From Eledone cirrhosa (lineage: Eukaryota): DNA of 64,000 bases. The stretch's first letter is position 1; each line of letters opens with the position of its first letter. Location: positions 65,162,001-65,226,000 of the forward strand of contig OZ024744.1 of the NCBI GenBank assembly GCA_964016885.1. The letters run 5' to 3'. Below, piece after piece: positions 60,420 to 64,000 of this stretch. The notes below the pieces were generated by a model. The model was given only the letters and a program-made list of their open reading frames with translations, was not told the origin of the DNA and made no database searches. The position numbers were made by a program, and so were the translations under genes.

Positions 60420-63400
60420 TTAGGTAAGGCGGGTCTTCTCTATTACTGAGTACCGCCAAAGATCTCGGTCCAGTGACATTGTCTTGGAGAGGTGTAAGTG
60501 TGTGAGGTCGGAATTTATCAAGTCGTCCCAGGTTTTTATGGGTCTGCCTACTCCGTGGCTACCGTCTATTTTTATTGCCCTGCACTTTTTTATACAGCTG
60601 TCGTCTTTCATGCGCATCACGTGACCATACCAACGTAGCCTTCTCTCGAGTAAACAACATCTGATCCCTCTTATTTCTAATTTTTCCCTTAGTTCGTTAA
60701 TGCTTTGCCGTTCACATATATTACTATTACACATCCAGTGGAGCATGCAAGCTTCGTTCTTCTCTAGTCTGCGTATATCCTCTGCACACAATGCCCAGGT
60801 CTCACTGCCATGCAACATTGATGTTCGTATGCAGGCATCATACAGCCTGCCTTTAATTTTTAGGGAGAACCCTTTAGCGGCTAATAGAGGTATAAGCTCT
60901 CTGAACTTTTTCCATCCAGTTCTGACTCTAGCTACTGTACTTTCAGAGCACCCTCCCCCACTGCTGATTTTGTCACCCAGGTAACGGAAGCTGTCCACTA
61001 TTTCTATAGAACCCTCTGTGCAATTGAAAGAGCTAGTATTTTGTGGGCACTTGCTGCTACTTATTGCACCAGAGCACCGGGCACATGTAAAATCTATGTT
61101 CTTAGTTAGCTTACCTGTGATCCCACTACATCTTTTATACACCCATACTTTGCATTTGGGACATAAAATGGAGTTTCTACCTACGCCTTTCCTACACACT
61201 GAGCATGGCCATTTCCCGGATGGGACCGGCGCCCTATTTTCCTTCCTACAAACTAGAACTTTAGTCTTAGCCAGGTTAATTTTAAGGCCTTTTGATTCTA
61301 GGCCGTGTTTCCATGTTTGGAATTTCTTCTCTAATTCGGCCATTGATTCAGCTATGAGCGTTAGATCATCTGCATATAGGAGTTCCCATGGGCAGCCGGT
61401 CTTGAACTCCACTGTTATAGCCTGAAGGGCAATAATAAATAGTAGGGGGCTAAGAACAGAGCCCTGATGAACACCAACTTTTACGCTAAACTCTTCACTA
61501 TATTCGTTGTTAATTCTAACCTTGCTGACTGTTTCTTTATACATGGCTTGTATAGCTCTCACAAGCCATTCATCAACACTTAGTTTTCTAAGAGCCCACC
61601 AGATAATGGAACGGGGGACTCTGTCGAAGGCTTTCTCCAGGTCTACAAAAGCTAAGTATAGGGGTTTACTTTTAGCTAAGTACTTCTCCTGTAGTTGTCG
61701 TACAATGAAAAGAGCGTCTGTGGTACTTTTGCCTGACACAAACCCGAACTGTATTTCATCTAGATCAATTCTCTCTCTGATTAGTTGCGCTATTACTTTT
61801 TCCGTGACCTTCATGACCTGGTCGATTAATTTAATGCCTCTATAGTTACTCCTATATAGGGCATCTCCTTTACCCTTGTAACAGTTAATGATGATGCTGC
61901 TACGCCAGTCCTTCGGAACAACCCCATTCTGTATGACTTGGTTTACTATCCGGGTCACCATGGTGTGTCCCACCGTTCCAGAGGCTTTCAGCATCTCAGC
62001 AACTATTTCCGAAGGCCCAGCCGCCTTACCCGTCTTCATATCTATGATTGCCTTACTTATTATACTACCTTCGACTTGCACTGCTGGTCCCTCTATTGGT
62101 CGATGTGGGGGAGACTGTCTTTCTCCCATTTATTCTCCTCATTTAGTAGCCTTTCGTAGTGACACTTCCAAGCTACCTTCTTATCAGCATCAGTGATGGC
62201 AAGTACACCATCATCATTAAGTACACACTTCTCCCCGACAATATCACGGTTTTCCTTGACACATTGCCTAGCAATCCTGAACACCTCACGTTTTTGGTCC
62301 TCGCGTTGTAGAACATGCTTGAACTTTCTTTCCTCTGCTTCCCTTCTTGCGAAGTACACTTGTCTCCTAGCTTCCCTCCTGGCTACTTGATAGTCTTCTC
62401 TACTTCCCCCATCCCGCCATACTTTCCAAGCCTGCATTTTGGCCTTAATTGACTCCTCCACCTTACTGTTCCACCACCATGTTACTCTCCTCCTGCCTAT
62501 AGGCCTGCTCCAGCCACAGACTTCGTCTGCCGCTATCAACAGGTTTGCTTTCAGGAATTCCCACTGTTCCTCTATATTGTACGACTCTAAATGCTCTTCC
62601 TTACTGTCGAAAGCATCAAGTAATATGCTTTTAAATTTATTTCTGGCTGTGGGGTCCTTTCTTTAGCTTCCATATTTTTCTCCTGAGGATAGACCTCTTC
62701 TGCTGTCGAGTATGTCTCGTCCTGACTATGAGGTCGCTAATTATGAGTCTATGTTGGGAGGTGCATTCTTCATGGGGGAGGGATTTAGTGTTTACAACAG
62801 ACACTCTGTCACGTCTTCTGGTAAGGATATAATCTACCTGGCTGGTATGTTCCCCTGATCTGTAGGTGATCAAGTGATTGTCTCGTTTTTTGAAGTTAGT
62901 GTTACAGATATATTTCTTTATTAGCCACAGGGGCACAAAAGAAGGGGACAAATACAAAGGGGGAAGTTTACATACAATAAAAACGTGTAAAATGTTATCA
63001 CAGATGGAATTAGTGTTACAGATAGTTAGGTTATTTGCGTCACAGAATTCCAGGATTCTGGAGCCTTCCTCATTTCTAGTACCAAACCCATAGCCTCCGT
63101 GGATTCCATCATAGCCGTCACAATGTTGTCCAACGTGACCATTTAGGTCGCCAGCAATAATTATATAGTCACTGTCGGTTATTTGGGAGGTAGTGAGCAT
63201 CAGTGTCTCATAGAAACTGTCTTTTATAGCGCCAGGCAGTCCGGATTGGGGCGCGTATGCAGATATTACCGTCACAGTAGTTCTATTTAGAACAGGTCTT
63301 ATTTTAATTATTCTGTCATTCACTCTATTTACGTCTATTATCTTATCCACCCATTTTTCTGCTACCATGAATCCTACCCCACCCAGCCCATTGTCATTTC

Positions 63401-63723
63401 CCACCCAGAAAAGCTTATAGCATCATTTTTTTACCCACAATGAATCTAGCAGACCCGCCCCTCCACCTGGTCTCTTGGATACAGCAAACATCACCCTCCT
63501 TACGTTCAAGCATTTCTACAACTTCGTTAGAGCGGCCTTTTAAGGTGCCTACATTCATAGTACCAACTCTGAAGTTTTGGATTGCGTTTGGTGGGTGGGG
63601 CGCAGGGAGGGGTGAGGTGGATGGGGTTGGGGTTATGTTGGCCATCCGCGGCCGCAACAAAGAGGAGGGGGCCTTGCCCTTTCGTCCGGGAGCATGAGGT
63701 GAATTTGTCGTTATCTTTGGCAT
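60420..63723 (-). pseudogene. RTE polyprotein ORF disrupted by three frameshifts (about 63430, 62660, 62096) and a Tx1 insertion
   Basis: Comparison with the 24558 ORF: an AAAG duplication at KLK and one base lost at HIDL. An extra base in the A-run after FIVG. Confidence 0.9.
62911..63009 (-). mobile_element. 99-bp Tx1/L1-clade 3' end with a 15-bp TSD
   Basis: Nearly identical to 32860-32957. TSD TTAGTGTTACAGATA at 62896-62910 and 63010-63024. Confidence 0.93.
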
Positions 63724-64000
63724 TGTCTTCGGGTGTCCAGATTCTTCAGACTCTCCAGAAATTCCTTAGTCCATCCATCATATCGAAAAGCAACCAGAAG
63801 TGATAGCATAGGCCGTTGACTTGTGATTAGTCCAAATAATAAAGGTGGAGAGTGGGTGGCGGGAGGAAGGGGTATGGGGTAGTTAGCGAGGAGCAGGCTT
63901 ATTTATATTTGGTGCGTAGGGAGTGAGAGGGAGTGAGAGAGCGACATATATGATAGAGAGAGAGTGAGGGTGAAGCGATTTTAGAGGACCTTTTTAGAAC

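Larger units (their letters stand above)
60023..64000 (-). mobile_element. Near full-length young RTE LINE (APE, RT, PHD); the 5' end may extend past the window
   Basis: Collinear ORF pieces 63415-63723, 62637-63404, 62093-62660 and 60420-62095; 3' UTR 60050-60419; (GAT)n tail. Confidence 0.97.

Overview
Eukaryotic, AT-rich, almost entirely repetitive DNA. I found no confidently identifiable host gene, rRNA, tRNA gene or CRISPR array. The repeat mix suggests a coleoid cephalopod such as Octopus; this is inferred from repeat content only. Main content: several RTE-clade LINE families (three long copies at 24519-27320, 35742-38960 and 60023-64000, plus many decayed ones); Tx1/L1-clade 3' fragments in (TATC)n and (ATT)n tracts; CR1-group fragments; three tRNA-derived SINE types; about 10 copies of a TTAA piggyBac-like MITE; two Helitrons; hAT and Tc1/mariner MITEs; and many Penelope-like remnants in (TA)n tracts that carry hammerhead ribozyme motifs and fold-back hairpins. 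Most of the supplied ORFs are microsatellite or antisense artefacts. The observations most worth following up are: (1) a canonical C4HC3 PHD finger inserted inside the RT region of the RTE proteins and kept across diverged families; (2) a diverse set of minimal hammerhead ribozymes, including U3-A8 core variants and a tandem pair with a palindromic stem III; (3) a covarying candidate RNA structure in the 5' part of bipartite non-autonomous RTE elements; (4) a palindromic 13-bp minisatellite that arose from RTE coding sequence; (5) a stop-free, in-frame Tx1 insertion in an RTE endonuclease; and (6) a twin-priming inversion in an RTE element. I cannot establish novelty without database searches. 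All coordinates were read by eye, and the boundaries of decayed elements are approximate.
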